55,483 bases of DNA. Source: a virus. Lineage: Duplodnaviria > Caudoviricetes. The position numbers and the translations under genes were made by a program. A model generated the notes under the pieces. It had not been told where the DNA came from, searched no databases, and saw only the letters and a program-made list of their open reading frames with translations. The DNA lies in IMG/VR virus record IMGVR_UViG_3300015192_000002, positions 1 through 55,483 of that record; one strand, 5' to 3'. How positions within the stretch are numbered: position 1 is the stretch's first letter; the number at the start of each line of letters is the position of its first letter. This document shows, piece after piece, positions 44,834 to 55,483 of this stretch.

Positions 44834-45334
44834 CTACTTGCGCAGGACGCGGCCTGGCCTCTTGCCCGCGTCCTGCTCGGAAGGGTTTGCGGCCTCACGC
44901 AGCGCGCGCGAACACGCCTCCATCGCGCTTGCCCTGGTGTCGTCATCGGCGATGGCGTCCAGCCTCATCGCGATGTACTTCGCTTCCTCGGTCTTCACGT
45001 AGTACGCCCCCGCGTTGTCCTTCGGGGGCAAGCTACCGCGCCGGTCTGACGTTTCTGGAAGATCCGTGGGTTGCGCCGCTGCTGGCAGCAACGCTCCCAT
45101 CTCGACCCCGAGGGCCTCGGCGAACGCCGCAAGCAGCTTCACGTTCGCCGCGCCCTTGCGCTTCCCGTTGATGATCCGGGTCACATAAGAGCGATCCTTG
45201 CCGATCTTCCTGCCGAGCTGCTTGTGGGTAAGCTTCGCCGCGTCCGCCAGCGCGCCGATGCGCTCCCCAATCTCCACCGACAGGTTGGGGTCGTCGGCCG
45301 GCGAAACGTCTTGCGGCTGCGCGGTCTTGGCCAC
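44834..45334 (-). CDS. CI-like repressor (XRE HTH)
   Basis: IGERI...LTHKQLGRKIGKDRSYVTRIINGKR; divergent from cro; start uncertain. Confidence 0.8.
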   Translation of the reverse strand: MAKTAQPQDVSPADDPNLSVEIGERIGALADAAKLTHKQLGRKIGKDRSYVTRIINGKRKGAANVKLLAAFAEALGVEMGALLPAAAQPTDLPETSDRRGSLPPKDNAGAYYVKTEEAKYIAMRLDAIADDDTRASAMEACSRALREAANPSEQDAGKRPGRVLRK

Positions 45335-45376
45335 TCCTGGCACCGTGGCGGAATTGCACATCATGCCGCAACACCG

Positions 45377-45414
45377 GGGGCCGGTTTGACACCGCGGGTG
45401 CCCATGTGGCACCC
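45377..45414 (+). promoter_or_regulatory. PR with two operators
   Basis: TTGACA at 45386-45391; GGGTGCC-N5-GGCACCC and GGGGCC-N5-GACACC. Confidence 0.8.
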
Positions 45415-45423
45415 TGCGTCCCC

Positions 45424-45648
45424 ATGGCACATCCGCTTGCGAAGTACCTCGAAGACGAAGAGCTGACCCACGAGGCGTTCGCGAAGAAGGCCGGCATCGA
45501 GCGGACCGTCGTGACGAAAGTGCTCAATGGGAAGCGCAAGCGGTTCAGCGTCGAGTACGCGCGGAGAATTGAGAAGGCCACCAGCGGCAGGGTGACGCTC
45601 GAAGACGCGCTGGGCCTGACCGCGCGCGCCAAGACCCAGGCCGCCTAG
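45424..45648 (+). CDS. Cro/YdaS-like HTH protein
   Basis: L..YL....LT...FA...GI....V..., RIEKATSGRVT..D. Confidence 0.85.
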   Translation: MAHPLAKYLEDEELTHEAFAKKAGIERTVVTKVLNGKRKRFSVEYARRIEKATSGRVTLEDALGLTARAKTQAA

Positions 45649-45657
45649 TTCCTTTCG

Positions 45658-45684
45658 GGCTCGTACTTCGGTGCGGGCCTTTTT
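45658..45684 (+). terminator. Intrinsic terminator after cro (tR1-like)
   Basis: GGCTCGTAC-TTCG-GTGCGGGCC then TTTTT. Confidence 0.8.
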
Positions 45685-45761
45685 CATGTCGCAAGGCAGC
45701 ACGGCGTAGCAGGGCGGAATTCTACTGAACGGCAAGTGAACTCGATCCGCTGAGGGGACAA

Positions 45762-46181
45762 ATGGCGAAACAGACCACCATCAACGTCCCGAAATACGAG
45801 CCCAAATTGCCTACGCTGCATGAAGCGATCGTGGATGTGATCAAGCGGTACGGCCCGCGCAAGCAGGCGGTGCTGGCGGAGCAGCTCGGCGCCAGCGAGC
45901 AGCACTTCTCCGACGTGTTCGGTGGCAAGACCGGCAAGCACTGGCCGGAGGCCTGGATTGAATTCATCGTCAAGCACTACGACTTCGAGGCGCAGGTCCC
46001 CGCGCTGGTTGCTGGCTGGCGCGGACTCACCGCGCGGCCCCCGCGCAAGCGAACGGCAGCCGAGGAACTTCGCCGGCTCAAGTACGCCCTCGCCAAGCAC
46101 AACGGACTCGGCAAGGCGATCCGCGATGAGGCCGAGGCGCTGCCCGACGATGTGTTTGCCGACGAGGAGGTGGCGACATGA
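45762..46181 (+). CDS. CII-like regulator
   Basis: Position after cro; HTH-like QAVLAEQLGASEQHFS. Confidence 0.6.
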   Translation: MAKQTTINVPKYEPKLPTLHEAIVDVIKRYGPRKQAVLAEQLGASEQHFSDVFGGKTGKHWPEAWIEFIVKHYDFEAQVPALVAGWRGLTARPPRKRTAAEELRRLKYALAKHNGLGKAIRDEAEALPDDVFADEEVAT

Positions 46182-46888
46182 GCAATACCGTCACGGCCGA
46201 AGACCGCGAGGAGATGCGCCTCGTGACCACCAAGGGTGTCAGCGATGCCCCGCTGCCGGAGAAGTACCAGGCCGCGAAACAAGCCCTGTCCGTCTGCCAG
46301 AGCGTTGACGAGTGCTCGACGTGGGCAAAGAAGGCCGCCGCGCTGGCGAGCTACGCCCGGCAGGCCGACGACGACTCCCTCGAAACCATGGCGATGAAGA
46401 TCCGGGCGCGGGCGATCCGTCGGTGCGGGGAACTGCTCAAGGAATTGCCGTCGAAGGCACACGGGCGAGAGGTGGGGGGGCGCCCCTCCACCTCTCAACG
46501 GTCCGAGCGAGCACAGGCGGCGACTGGCGCGGGGATGTCGCGCGATCAAGTGAAGCAGGCGGTGCGCGTCGCGAGCATCCCCGCGAAGGCGTTCGAGGCG
46601 GCAGTCGAGTCCGAGACGCCGCCTTCCATCGAAGTGCTGGCAGAGCAGGGCACCAAGAAAAAGCCGGTGCCGCTGGTGGACATCGAGGGCCGCGACCCGC
46701 GGGATTTCAACAACGCGCTGCAACTGGCCGCCGCGTTCGACGCCTTCGCAAAGCACCTGAGCACCATCACGCCAGAGGCGTTCCTTCGCGGCGCTCTCGA
46801 TCGCCATGTCGCGTTGGCGACGCGCGGCATTGCTGTGATCGAGGCGTGGGTATCCGATCTTCGCAAGAAAAACAGGAGAGCAAAATGA
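46178..46888 (+). CDS. Hypothetical phage protein
   Basis: GAGGAGG RBS; YARQA...RA.RR.GELL motif. Confidence 0.7.
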   Translation: MSNTVTAEDREEMRLVTTKGVSDAPLPEKYQAAKQALSVCQSVDECSTWAKKAAALASYARQADDDSLETMAMKIRARAIRRCGELLKELPSKAHGREVGGRPSTSQRSERAQAATGAGMSRDQVKQAVRVASIPAKAFEAAVESETPPSIEVLAEQGTKKKPVPLVDIEGRDPRDFNNALQLAAAFDAFAKHLSTITPEAFLRGALDRHVALATRGIAVIEAWVSDLRKKNRRAK

Positions 46889-47328
46889 ATCAGAACGAGA
46901 TCCGGCACGAGATCCGCGACGTGATCGACCAGCGCATCGCCTCGAGCGATACGGTGCAGATGTCCTGGCTCGTGAAGCAGGTGCTGCGGGACCATGGAAT
47001 CGACGCTTTTGACGACTTCCTCGGCTACTGCGCACACGCCACGGTCTGGCGGGAGGCGCGCGAGGTTCTTCGGCAGATGAAGGGCGCCGAGGCCGAGCAA
47101 GACGAGAAGGAGCGTCAGGAGATCCTGCCGGGGTTTGAGCGGCTTCAGCGCCGCTACGTCTTCGAGCGCGACAACGAGCAGGTCGTGGTGCCGCTGGAGT
47201 GCATGAGCGACTCCGAAATCACGGCCAAGGCCGACGAACTCCGGGCGATGGCGCTGGGCTGCCAGCTCCACGCCAGCGAACTTGAGGACTATCTGCGGCA
47301 GCGCACCGGCTCGCTCCAGAGCGCGTGA
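46885..47328 (+). CDS. Hypothetical phage protein
   Basis: AGGAG RBS, ATGA overlap; LPGFE.LQ..Y. Confidence 0.7.
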   Translation: MNQNEIRHEIRDVIDQRIASSDTVQMSWLVKQVLRDHGIDAFDDFLGYCAHATVWREAREVLRQMKGAEAEQDEKERQEILPGFERLQRRYVFERDNEQVVVPLECMSDSEITAKADELRAMALGCQLHASELEDYLRQRTGSLQSA

Positions 47329-48054
47329 GCGGCCGATGACCCTCACCGCCCGCCAGGCCCGCGCGCTCGATCCTCTGGAGTTCACGCTCCGCAAGATTCG
47401 CGCAGACGCGGGGATCTACATTCACCGCGCGCGCAAGCTCATTGACGACCTCGCGCTCGACGCCACCTCGCACGCCCGCCAGCGCGAATCTGCGCAGCGG
47501 TCGGTCGGGACGCAAGGGGAGGGCGGCAAATGATCGACCTCCTCTACGTCGGCGGTTGTCTCGTTCTGCTCTCCGTCACGCTCGCGGCCATGGTGCGCGC
47601 TGCGGTTGGCCGACGAACGCCGGTGGTCTACGAGCGGCAGAGCGCGACCTATACCGTCCGCTTCACCAACGGCGCGGTGGTGGAGTTCTCCGGCGACGAT
47701 GAGCGGGGACGGCTCGCGGTCCTCTCCTGCTACCTGCTCGACAAGCCGGCCGCGCGAGCGAGGCTCCCTTGCTGACCGCCTACCTGAATGCGCTGGCGGA
47801 TATGTTCGACGCCGGCATTCGCGGCTCCGGCATGAGCCACCTTCCCGCCATCGTCCAGGCGCTCGCGGTGGTGTTGCTCGGCGCGATCGCTCTCCTCTTC
47901 GTGCGGTGGTCAATGGCGATGGTGGACTCGCCGTTGACGCTGCACGCCTGCGGACGCTGCACGTACGAGGCTTGCGGCTACTGCCAGCGGGCGAAGAGGG
48001 ATCGCGTCGTCTCGGAATATGTCCGGCAAGCGCGAGAGAGGAAGGCTGCGCGCA

Positions 48055-48741
48055 ATGGCTGACCTCTGCCGGTGTCCGTCAGTGCTGCATCACCGCGCCT
48101 CGTGCGAGCTTGTCCACGGCGACCGCGCACGGCCTGCGTCACGGGGGCCGCTCACCATCCTCTGCGATGTGGACTCGATCATCGCGGACCTGCTCGCGCC
48201 GTGGCTCGCTGCCTACAACGACAAGCACGGTCGCTCGGTGCGCGTCGCCGACGTGACGAAGTGGAAGATCCACGAGTGCGTCCCGGACGGCGAGCGCATC
48301 TACGAGTTGCTGCACACCGAGGGGCTCTACCGAACCCTCCTGCCGCTGCCGGGCGCGCTGGAGGGGTTGAGGCTCCTGCACGACGCCGGGCACCACGTCG
48401 TCTTGCTCACGGCCTGCGCGAACAAGAACGAGAACGCGGCCGGCGACAAGCTCGCGTGGATCCGAAAGCACCTCCCGTGGCTCTCGTACAGAGACGTGAT
48501 CATCGGGTTCCACAAGCACCTCGTCCGCGGGGACGTGCTGATCGATGACTCGCCCGAGAACATCCGCGAGTACCGGGCCGCATGGCCTTCGGCCAGCATC
48601 CTGACGATTGACTACGCCTACAACCGAGGGCCGGAGATCGACGCGCTGATCGACTGCCGCGCCGAGAGCTACCAGGACACCGCAAAGGCGTGGGCGCAGA
48701 TCGTGGAGCACGTCTCCGCGCTCGCCACGGAGGCAGCATGA
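48055..48741 (+). CDS. 5'(3')-deoxyribonucleotidase (NT5C, HAD family)
   Basis: CDVDSIIAD, PLPGALEGL, K..WI.KHLP, K.LV.GDVLIDD..N, AYN. Confidence 0.88.
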   Translation: MADLCRCPSVLHHRASCELVHGDRARPASRGPLTILCDVDSIIADLLAPWLAAYNDKHGRSVRVADVTKWKIHECVPDGERIYELLHTEGLYRTLLPLPGALEGLRLLHDAGHHVVLLTACANKNENAAGDKLAWIRKHLPWLSYRDVIIGFHKHLVRGDVLIDDSPENIREYRAAWPSASILTIDYAYNRGPEIDALIDCRAESYQDTAKAWAQIVEHVSALATEAA

Positions 48742-48831
48742 ATGCCCTAATCCGCACCATCGCCCTCGGCACGGCCGGCGCTCTCTTCGCTTGGCTTTGG
48801 GGCGCTCTCCTCTACGCATTCGAGGTGGTCT

Positions 48832-49055
48832 ATGGCTGAAAGCAGCCTCACTCCTCCCGAGCAATTCATCGCCCGGAGGATCAAGAACAAGCTCTCCGCG
48901 GCGGGGCACCACCTCGTTGACGCGCGAGCTGCGGCTATCGCGTTGACGCCGGAGATGCACCGGGCATGCGGGTTCCGGGAGCAGCTCGCGGTGTTGGAGG
49001 GACGGCTGGCGGAGTTGCGCGCCATCGTTCACGGACTGCCGGGCGCTGGTGAGAC

Positions 49056-49059
<4 letters not shown>
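48832..49059 (+). CDS. Hypothetical protein
   Basis: GAGGT RBS; GTGA overlap with the MTase. Confidence 0.5.
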
Positions 49060-50851
<1,792 letters not shown>

Positions 50852-50855
<4 letters not shown>

Positions 50856-51379
50856 CCTCCCCCTCCCGTCGCGGCTGCTCCATCTGCCAGCGCACGCCCT
50901 CCGCGAAGTGCCTCTGCGGGCAGCGCCTGTGCCTCCTGCACGAGTCAGTGCTGCGGCACGACTGCGCGCACTCGAAAAAGCTGCTCGCGATGACGTCGGC
51001 CGACGTGCGGCGATGGAAGAAAGAGCACGCGCCAGAGCAGGCACTGGCGACGGCGGTGGTGAACGCGCTGAACATGCTCCCCGGCGTCCACGTCGTCGCG
51101 GTGGACTCTGGCGGCGCGAGGCAGCGGAACACGCAGCGCGCGGAGCCGGGGACGGCGGACGTGCTTGGGTGGAGCTCGCCCGACGCGCGATTCATCGCCG
51201 TCGAGACGAAGTGCAGCCACAAGGCCGGTTGCGGCTGCGACTCCTGCTCGGCGCAGCGGGCGTGGGGCGCGCGGCTGGAGGCTGCCGGAGGGGTTTACGT
51301 CGGGAATGTTCGGACGGTGGCGGAGGCGGTGGACGGCGTCAGGCGGGGCCTCGCGAGTGTCAGGGCGGGCGGCCGATGA
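50852..51379 (+). CDS. VRR-NUC-like nuclease/resolvase
   Basis: E..L, GTADVLG, FIAVETK, Q..W, AGG.Y...R.V. Confidence 0.75.
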
Positions 51380-51928
51380 TGCGCGAGCTTTCCATCGAGA
51401 AGATCCTCCGCATCCGCCGCGCTCGCCGTCTCGATCCCGAGAAGGACCGCTCCCTCCTTGCCGAGCGGTTCGGGGTTTCGTCGCAGCGCATCACCTACGC
51501 CCTGAGTCTCACCGCCAGCGAGATCGGCCGGATGCGGGCGAAGGCCACGCGGAGGGCTGGCTAGATGTCCTTCGCGAAAGGGCAGACGCTCCCGGTCCAT
51601 CGCGTCCAGTGCTCCTGCGGCGTTCCACTGCTGCGCAAGACCTACTGGCGAAAGCCTCAGTGTTCCGACTGCAGGAAGAGGCGGGCGCACTCGAAGTACG
51701 TGCGCAAGGTGGGCGATCTCAGGAGAGAGGCGCGGCGGTACCGGATCGTGCTCCACGTCCTTGGGTGGAGCGATGACCAGTTCGAGGAAATGCTGGCCGA
51801 GATGAAGAGGAGCCCGATGATGTTTCGGACTTCGCCGGAGACAAAGACCGGCTGGCGCGACTGGCAACTCGAGCGGCGGAGGAAGCCGGCCTCGGTTGGC
51901 CGGTGCAGCTCGGAAGGGGAACCCTGAA

Positions 51929-52843
51929 ATGAGATGGGAAGACGAGCGTTACGTCCGGCTCTACACGCGCGACACGGGAGACTGGCTCTTCCTTTCATTC
52001 GACGCGCAGGCGCTGATGATGATGCTCCTGCGGAAGGTGGACCGGGCCGGGATCCTCCACCTCGGAAAGCACGGCAAGCAGGCCGTCCCCGTCACACTCG
52101 GTCACACGGAGTCACACGACCGCATCATGGCGGCTCTCGATGTCCTGCTGTCCGACGGCTGCGTCCAGGTGGACGGCGAGAAACTCATCATCCCGAACTT
52201 CATCGAGGCCCAAGAGGCGAGGATTTCCGACGCCCAGCGCAAGCGAGATCAGCGAGAGCGCGACCGCGACGTGCTGCTCGAAAAGGAAAGCTCTGGCAAA
52301 TCCGGCGGCTTAAGCGCGGAAGCGCATGTCACAACCGGTCACACTCGGTCACACTCGGTCACACGCGGTCACGCGGTCACACGACAAGTCACCCCTAGCC
52401 TAGCCGTGCCTAGCCTAGCCGTGCCTAGCCGTGCCGAAGAAGAAGGGCCGGCTGCTGCTGCACCACCCGCACCTCGCGTGGACAAGCTCGCCGCGGCGGT
52501 GAACGCCGAATGGCCGGACCTGAACGCCAGCGGCGAGGTGGTCGCGGCATGGAAGCGCGCCTTCCCGGACGTCGACCTGCCGATGGAGACGCGGCAGGCA
52601 CGCTCGCACTGGCTCTCGAACACCGAAAGCCGAAAGCCCGGCGAGCAGCCCCCTGCGTTCCTGAATCGCTGGTTCAAGCGGGCGACCACCGGGCCGCCGA
52701 TCTTCGCGCGCACGGCCTCGCCGGGGACGGTTCGCGGTCCAGGCATGCCCGTCGGAGGCTCGCGCAAGGTTCCCACGGCCGAGGATTTCGACAGGTCGGA
52801 GCGTGAGTACGCAGAGAGCAAGCTGCGGGAGGTCGGAAAATGA
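51929..52843 (+). CDS. Replication initiator (O-like) containing iterons
   Basis: IPNFIEAQ...SDAQRKR..RER; internal repeats; upstream of the DnaC-like gene. Confidence 0.78.
   Translation: MRWEDERYVRLYTRDTGDWLFLSFDAQALMMMLLRKVDRAGILHLGKHGKQAVPVTLGHTESHDRIMAALDVLLSDGCVQVDGEKLIIPNFIEAQEARISDAQRKRDQRERDRDVLLEKESSGKSGGLSAEAHVTTGHTRSHSVTRGHAVTRQVTPSLAVPSLAVPSRAEEEGPAAAAPPAPRVDKLAAAVNAEWPDLNASGEVVAAWKRAFPDVDLPMETRQARSHWLSNTESRKPGEQPPAFLNRWFKRATTGPPIFARTASPGTVRGPGMPVGGSRKVPTAEDFDRSEREYAESKLREVGK
52328..52435 (+). repeat. Iteron-like repeats / candidate replication origin
   Basis: About 7 GTCAC(A) units at roughly 10-bp spacing followed by CCTAGCC(GTG) repeats; 3 more GTCACAC units at 52091-52117. 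Confidence 0.75.
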
Positions 52844-53598
52844 GCGACTTCGAATCGGTCGGGCACACCGTCGGCGTGGTGATGGACTCGGTCAAGGCGG
52901 CGCGCGACGCCTACGCGAAGGCCCGGCTGCGCGTGATCCCGGTGCTGTGCGGCGACTGCGGGGTGGACTCGCCGCAGATGCGCTCCTGCCACTTCAGCGC
53001 CGACCCCGAGTGCAAACACAAGCCGTTGCTCGATCGCAGGGTCCACGCGAAAAGCCAGCTCGCCCGATGCCGCGCCGCGAAGGTGCCGGCGAAGTACCAC
53101 GACGAAGTTCTGAGCATCGACCCGTGCGCGGCCCTGCATGCAGTCCGGGGCGTGCTTTCCGGGGCGGCCCAGGCGGCGGTGCTCCTGGGCAACCCCGGCA
53201 GCGGGAAGACGTTGTGCGCGGCCTACGCGCTGGCGGAACGAGGGGGTCTGTTCTGCCCGGCGAGCAGCCTCGACGTGCTCAGCGCCGAGACGGCCAACCT
53301 GATCGAGCGGCTGTGCGCGGAGCCGATGGCGGTGCTGGACGACGTCGGCCGCGGGCGCAGCGCCACGATCCTCGCGCTGGACCGGACGGAGGACATCCTG
53401 TGCCGGCGGTTCGACGCTGGCCTCCCAACCATAGTCACAGCGAACGTGACGCGGCCGGAGTTTTGGGGGCTGCACGCGGTCGGAGGAGGGCGCGTGCTGG
53501 ACAGGATCGGGGAGAAGTCGATCACGCTCTGCCGGGAGGCCAGCCGAAGGCAGCCGGAGATCGACCACCGGCCCTACAACGAGCGAGGCGAGCGGTGA
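52840..53598 (+). CDS. DnaC/IstB-like AAA+ helicase loader
   Basis: GNPGSGKT, VLDDVG, R....LPTIVTAN, RVLDRI. Confidence 0.88.
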   Translation: MSDFESVGHTVGVVMDSVKAARDAYAKARLRVIPVLCGDCGVDSPQMRSCHFSADPECKHKPLLDRRVHAKSQLARCRAAKVPAKYHDEVLSIDPCAALHAVRGVLSGAAQAAVLLGNPGSGKTLCAAYALAERGGLFCPASSLDVLSAETANLIERLCAEPMAVLDDVGRGRSATILALDRTEDILCRRFDAGLPTIVTANVTRPEFWGLHAVGGGRVLDRIGEKSITLCREASRRQPEIDHRPYNERGER

Positions 53599-54128
53599 AA
53601 ACGATCCCCTGCTCCGACTGCGGCCGCGCGTTGCACCGGGCGATCCGGCGGCCGAATGCGCGGTGCAAGCGATGTCGGATGGCCCACGAGCGCGATCGTC
53701 TGCGGAAATACTACGCCGCGCACAAGGCGCAGGTCCGGATGCGGCTGGACGCCTACCGCGAGCGACACCCGGAGTTGGTGAAGAAGTGGCACGACGCATG
53801 GCTCAAGCTGAATCGCAAGCACATCAACCGGCTCGAGAGGGCGCGGCGGCGCCGCGAGAGGAAGATCAACGCCACGGTCCTGCGGGAACTTCCGTGCATG
53901 GAGTGCGGCGACAGCCACGGCGAGGCCCGCCGGGAAGCGATCCTGCGGCGGATGCTGCCGGCCTCCGCGCACGAGATCCGCGAGGCGCACCCGTGCCTCT
54001 GGGGTGACGCGAGCGAGGCGCACAGCGCCGGAGAGCGCATGCTCTACCGGGATCTCCGGCGCGCGGGTGCAATGCGCGACGGCAGCACCTGGTATCCGGC
54101 GACCGAGATGGTCAGGAGGAGCGCATGA
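53595..54128 (+). CDS. Basic zinc-finger hypothetical protein
   Basis: CSDC..CKRC, CMEC; GTGA overlap. Confidence 0.55.
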   Translation: MKTIPCSDCGRALHRAIRRPNARCKRCRMAHERDRLRKYYAAHKAQVRMRLDAYRERHPELVKKWHDAWLKLNRKHINRLERARRRRERKINATVLRELPCMECGDSHGEARREAILRRMLPASAHEIREAHPCLWGDASEAHSAGERMLYRDLRRAGAMRDGSTWYPATEMVRRSA

Positions 54129-54397
54129 AGCCCGGGGATCGGTTTGGCCGGCTGACGGTGATGGCGGTTGGGCGCGGGCGAAGGACGGCATCCGCAGGCT
54201 GGACCGGGAGGCTGGCGGTCTGCGCCTGCAACTGCGGGAGCGTGATCGAGGTGCGCGCGGTGGAGTTGCGGCGGCAAGGATCGCACGGCCGCAGGGGTTG
54301 CCTCGGAGAGCACGTCTGCTCGCAGTGCGGGGACATGATGACGCCGCACGAGGAAAGCTGGCACATGCGACGGCACGTCAGGGCGGTGGCCGCTTGA
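54125..54397 (+). CDS. Small protein resembling the HNH/AP2-associated N-terminal domain
   Basis: GDRFGRLTV...C.CNCG; AGGAGG RBS. Confidence 0.6.
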   Translation: MKPGDRFGRLTVMAVGRGRRTASAGWTGRLAVCACNCGSVIEVRAVELRRQGSHGRRGCLGEHVCSQCGDMMTPHEESWHMRRHVRAVAA

Positions 54398-54852
54398 GCG
54401 CACCGATCGCAGACGAGGTGCTGCGGGAGTTGAACGCCCGAACAAAAGTGTTCGCGACCGTCCGGGGCGCCCTCGCCTGGTACGTCGCCTATGTGAGCGC
54501 CAAGATGGGGCGATCGGCATCCATGGAATCCGGCGGACACCCGGGATCCAGGGAGAAGCTCGACGAGGGTTATGCGACGTGGTCCCGCATCGCTAAGTGC
54601 CTCGTCATGTACGACAAGGACATCGACAAGGACCCGCCGCCGCTGCCGCAAAACTGGGACATCTGCCAGCGGATATGGGAGCGCCGGATTCAGCAGCTTC
54701 TCACCTATTTCTCGTCCGTCTCACACCAGCAGCGCGCGGCCGATGAGGGTGGGTTTCCCGACCTCGCCTCGTTCTCCGAGGTGGCCGAGAGGACCATGGC
54801 GAAGATCGGCGCTCGACTCCGGGCGCGCGGCGTACTCGGGGAGCGTCGATGA
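54394..54852 (+). CDS. Hypothetical protein, possible late regulator by position
   Basis: TTGA overlap; lies at the end of the early-right operon. Confidence 0.5.
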   Translation: MSAPIADEVLRELNARTKVFATVRGALAWYVAYVSAKMGRSASMESGGHPGSREKLDEGYATWSRIAKCLVMYDKDIDKDPPPLPQNWDICQRIWERRIQQLLTYFSSVSHQQRAADEGGFPDLASFSEVAERTMAKIGARLRARGVLGERR

Positions 54853-55457
54853 GGATCAAGTCGCGCACCAAGAAGGTCGCCGCCGACGTGCGGCCCAGGG
54901 TGAGCGCCAAGGAACGCAGAAAGATGCGCGCCAAGCTGCGGCTGGCCCCCTGGGATGGGTTCCCGGACGATGACGACAAGCAGCGGTCGCCGGTCAAGTG
55001 GTTGTCGGTGCGCCAAGTGGCCGAGTCGCTGGATATGACGGAGTTGCTCGCGGCTGCGTGTCTCCGTCGAGGGCACATCCCCGGGTCCGCCGTGTCGGTG
55101 GACGGCGATCTGCTGTGCGAGGCGGAGACCTTTGCCGACTGGATGGCAATCGAAAGGGGGAGGCTGGACTACAAGCTGCCGTGGGCCGAGCCGCTCGTGT
55201 ACTTCGTCCAGCAAGAGAACGCGCCGACGGCCCCCATTAAGATAGGGGTGACAACGCGGGACGGTCTGCACGCTCGATTGTCCAGCCTGCAGACGGGCAA
55301 CCCGAACAAGCTCAAGATCCTCGCGACGATGCGCGGCGACGTGAGAGACGAGGCCCGGCTCCATGAAAGCTTCAAACACGCGAGGGTTTCGGGCGAATGG
55401 TTCCGTCCGACCGAGGGCCTGCTGGCACTAATCGGCGGCCTCGTAAAGTGCGTTTAG
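54849..55457 (+). CDS. HTH + GIY-YIG (T5orf172/MUG113-like) protein
   Basis: WLSVRQVAE.L; VYFVQ...IKIG.T...RL..LQTGNP...E..LH..F...RV.GEWF. Confidence 0.85.
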   Translation: MRIKSRTKKVAADVRPRVSAKERRKMRAKLRLAPWDGFPDDDDKQRSPVKWLSVRQVAESLDMTELLAAACLRRGHIPGSAVSVDGDLLCEAETFADWMAIERGRLDYKLPWAEPLVYFVQQENAPTAPIKIGVTTRDGLHARLSSLQTGNPNKLKILATMRGDVRDEARLHESFKHARVSGEWFRPTEGLLALIGGLVKCV

Positions 55458-55483
55458 CGACCAAGCGGTTGACTGCTAACAAA
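55358..55483 (+). repeat. Terminal direct repeat, copy 2
   Basis: Identical to 14-139. Confidence 0.95.

Noticed and set aside
52328-52435. CRISPR array
   Set aside because: Units are 5-15 bp without unique spacers, and there is no cas operon; the Cas4-like nuclease is paired with an annealing protein

Overview
The window is an apparently complete, circularly permuted genome (about 55.3 kb, with a 126-bp end overlap) of a GC-rich temperate siphovirus with an HK97-type head. The myxobacterial-style SspB suggests a Myxococcota-like host, which is inference only. The late arm on the + strand runs: promoter, SspB, small genes, HNH/cos, terminase, portal, protease, capsid, neck, tail (DUF2460/DUF2163-type tip), lysis, a cluster of signal-peptide fibre/jelly-roll proteins, phosphoesterase and guanylate kinase. 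Next comes an intact attP copying the tmRNA 3' end, then int/xis and the leftward early operon (small MTase, ASCH, DUF1643, exonuclease/SSAP). A lambda-like switch follows, with twin promoter-operators, cI, cro and a cII-like gene. The rightward operon carries a deoxyribonucleotidase, a large MTase, VRR-NUC, the initiator with iterons, a DnaC-like loader and a GIY-YIG protein. Three observations stand out. (1) A complete HNH nuclease gene with its own RBS is nested out of frame inside the still-open DNA methyltransferase gene. (2) A phage that integrates in ssrA also carries an SspB lacking the ClpX-binding tail. (3) Several virion-like fibre/decoration proteins have Sec-type signal peptides. 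All family assignments come from motif recognition by eye; no searches were run.
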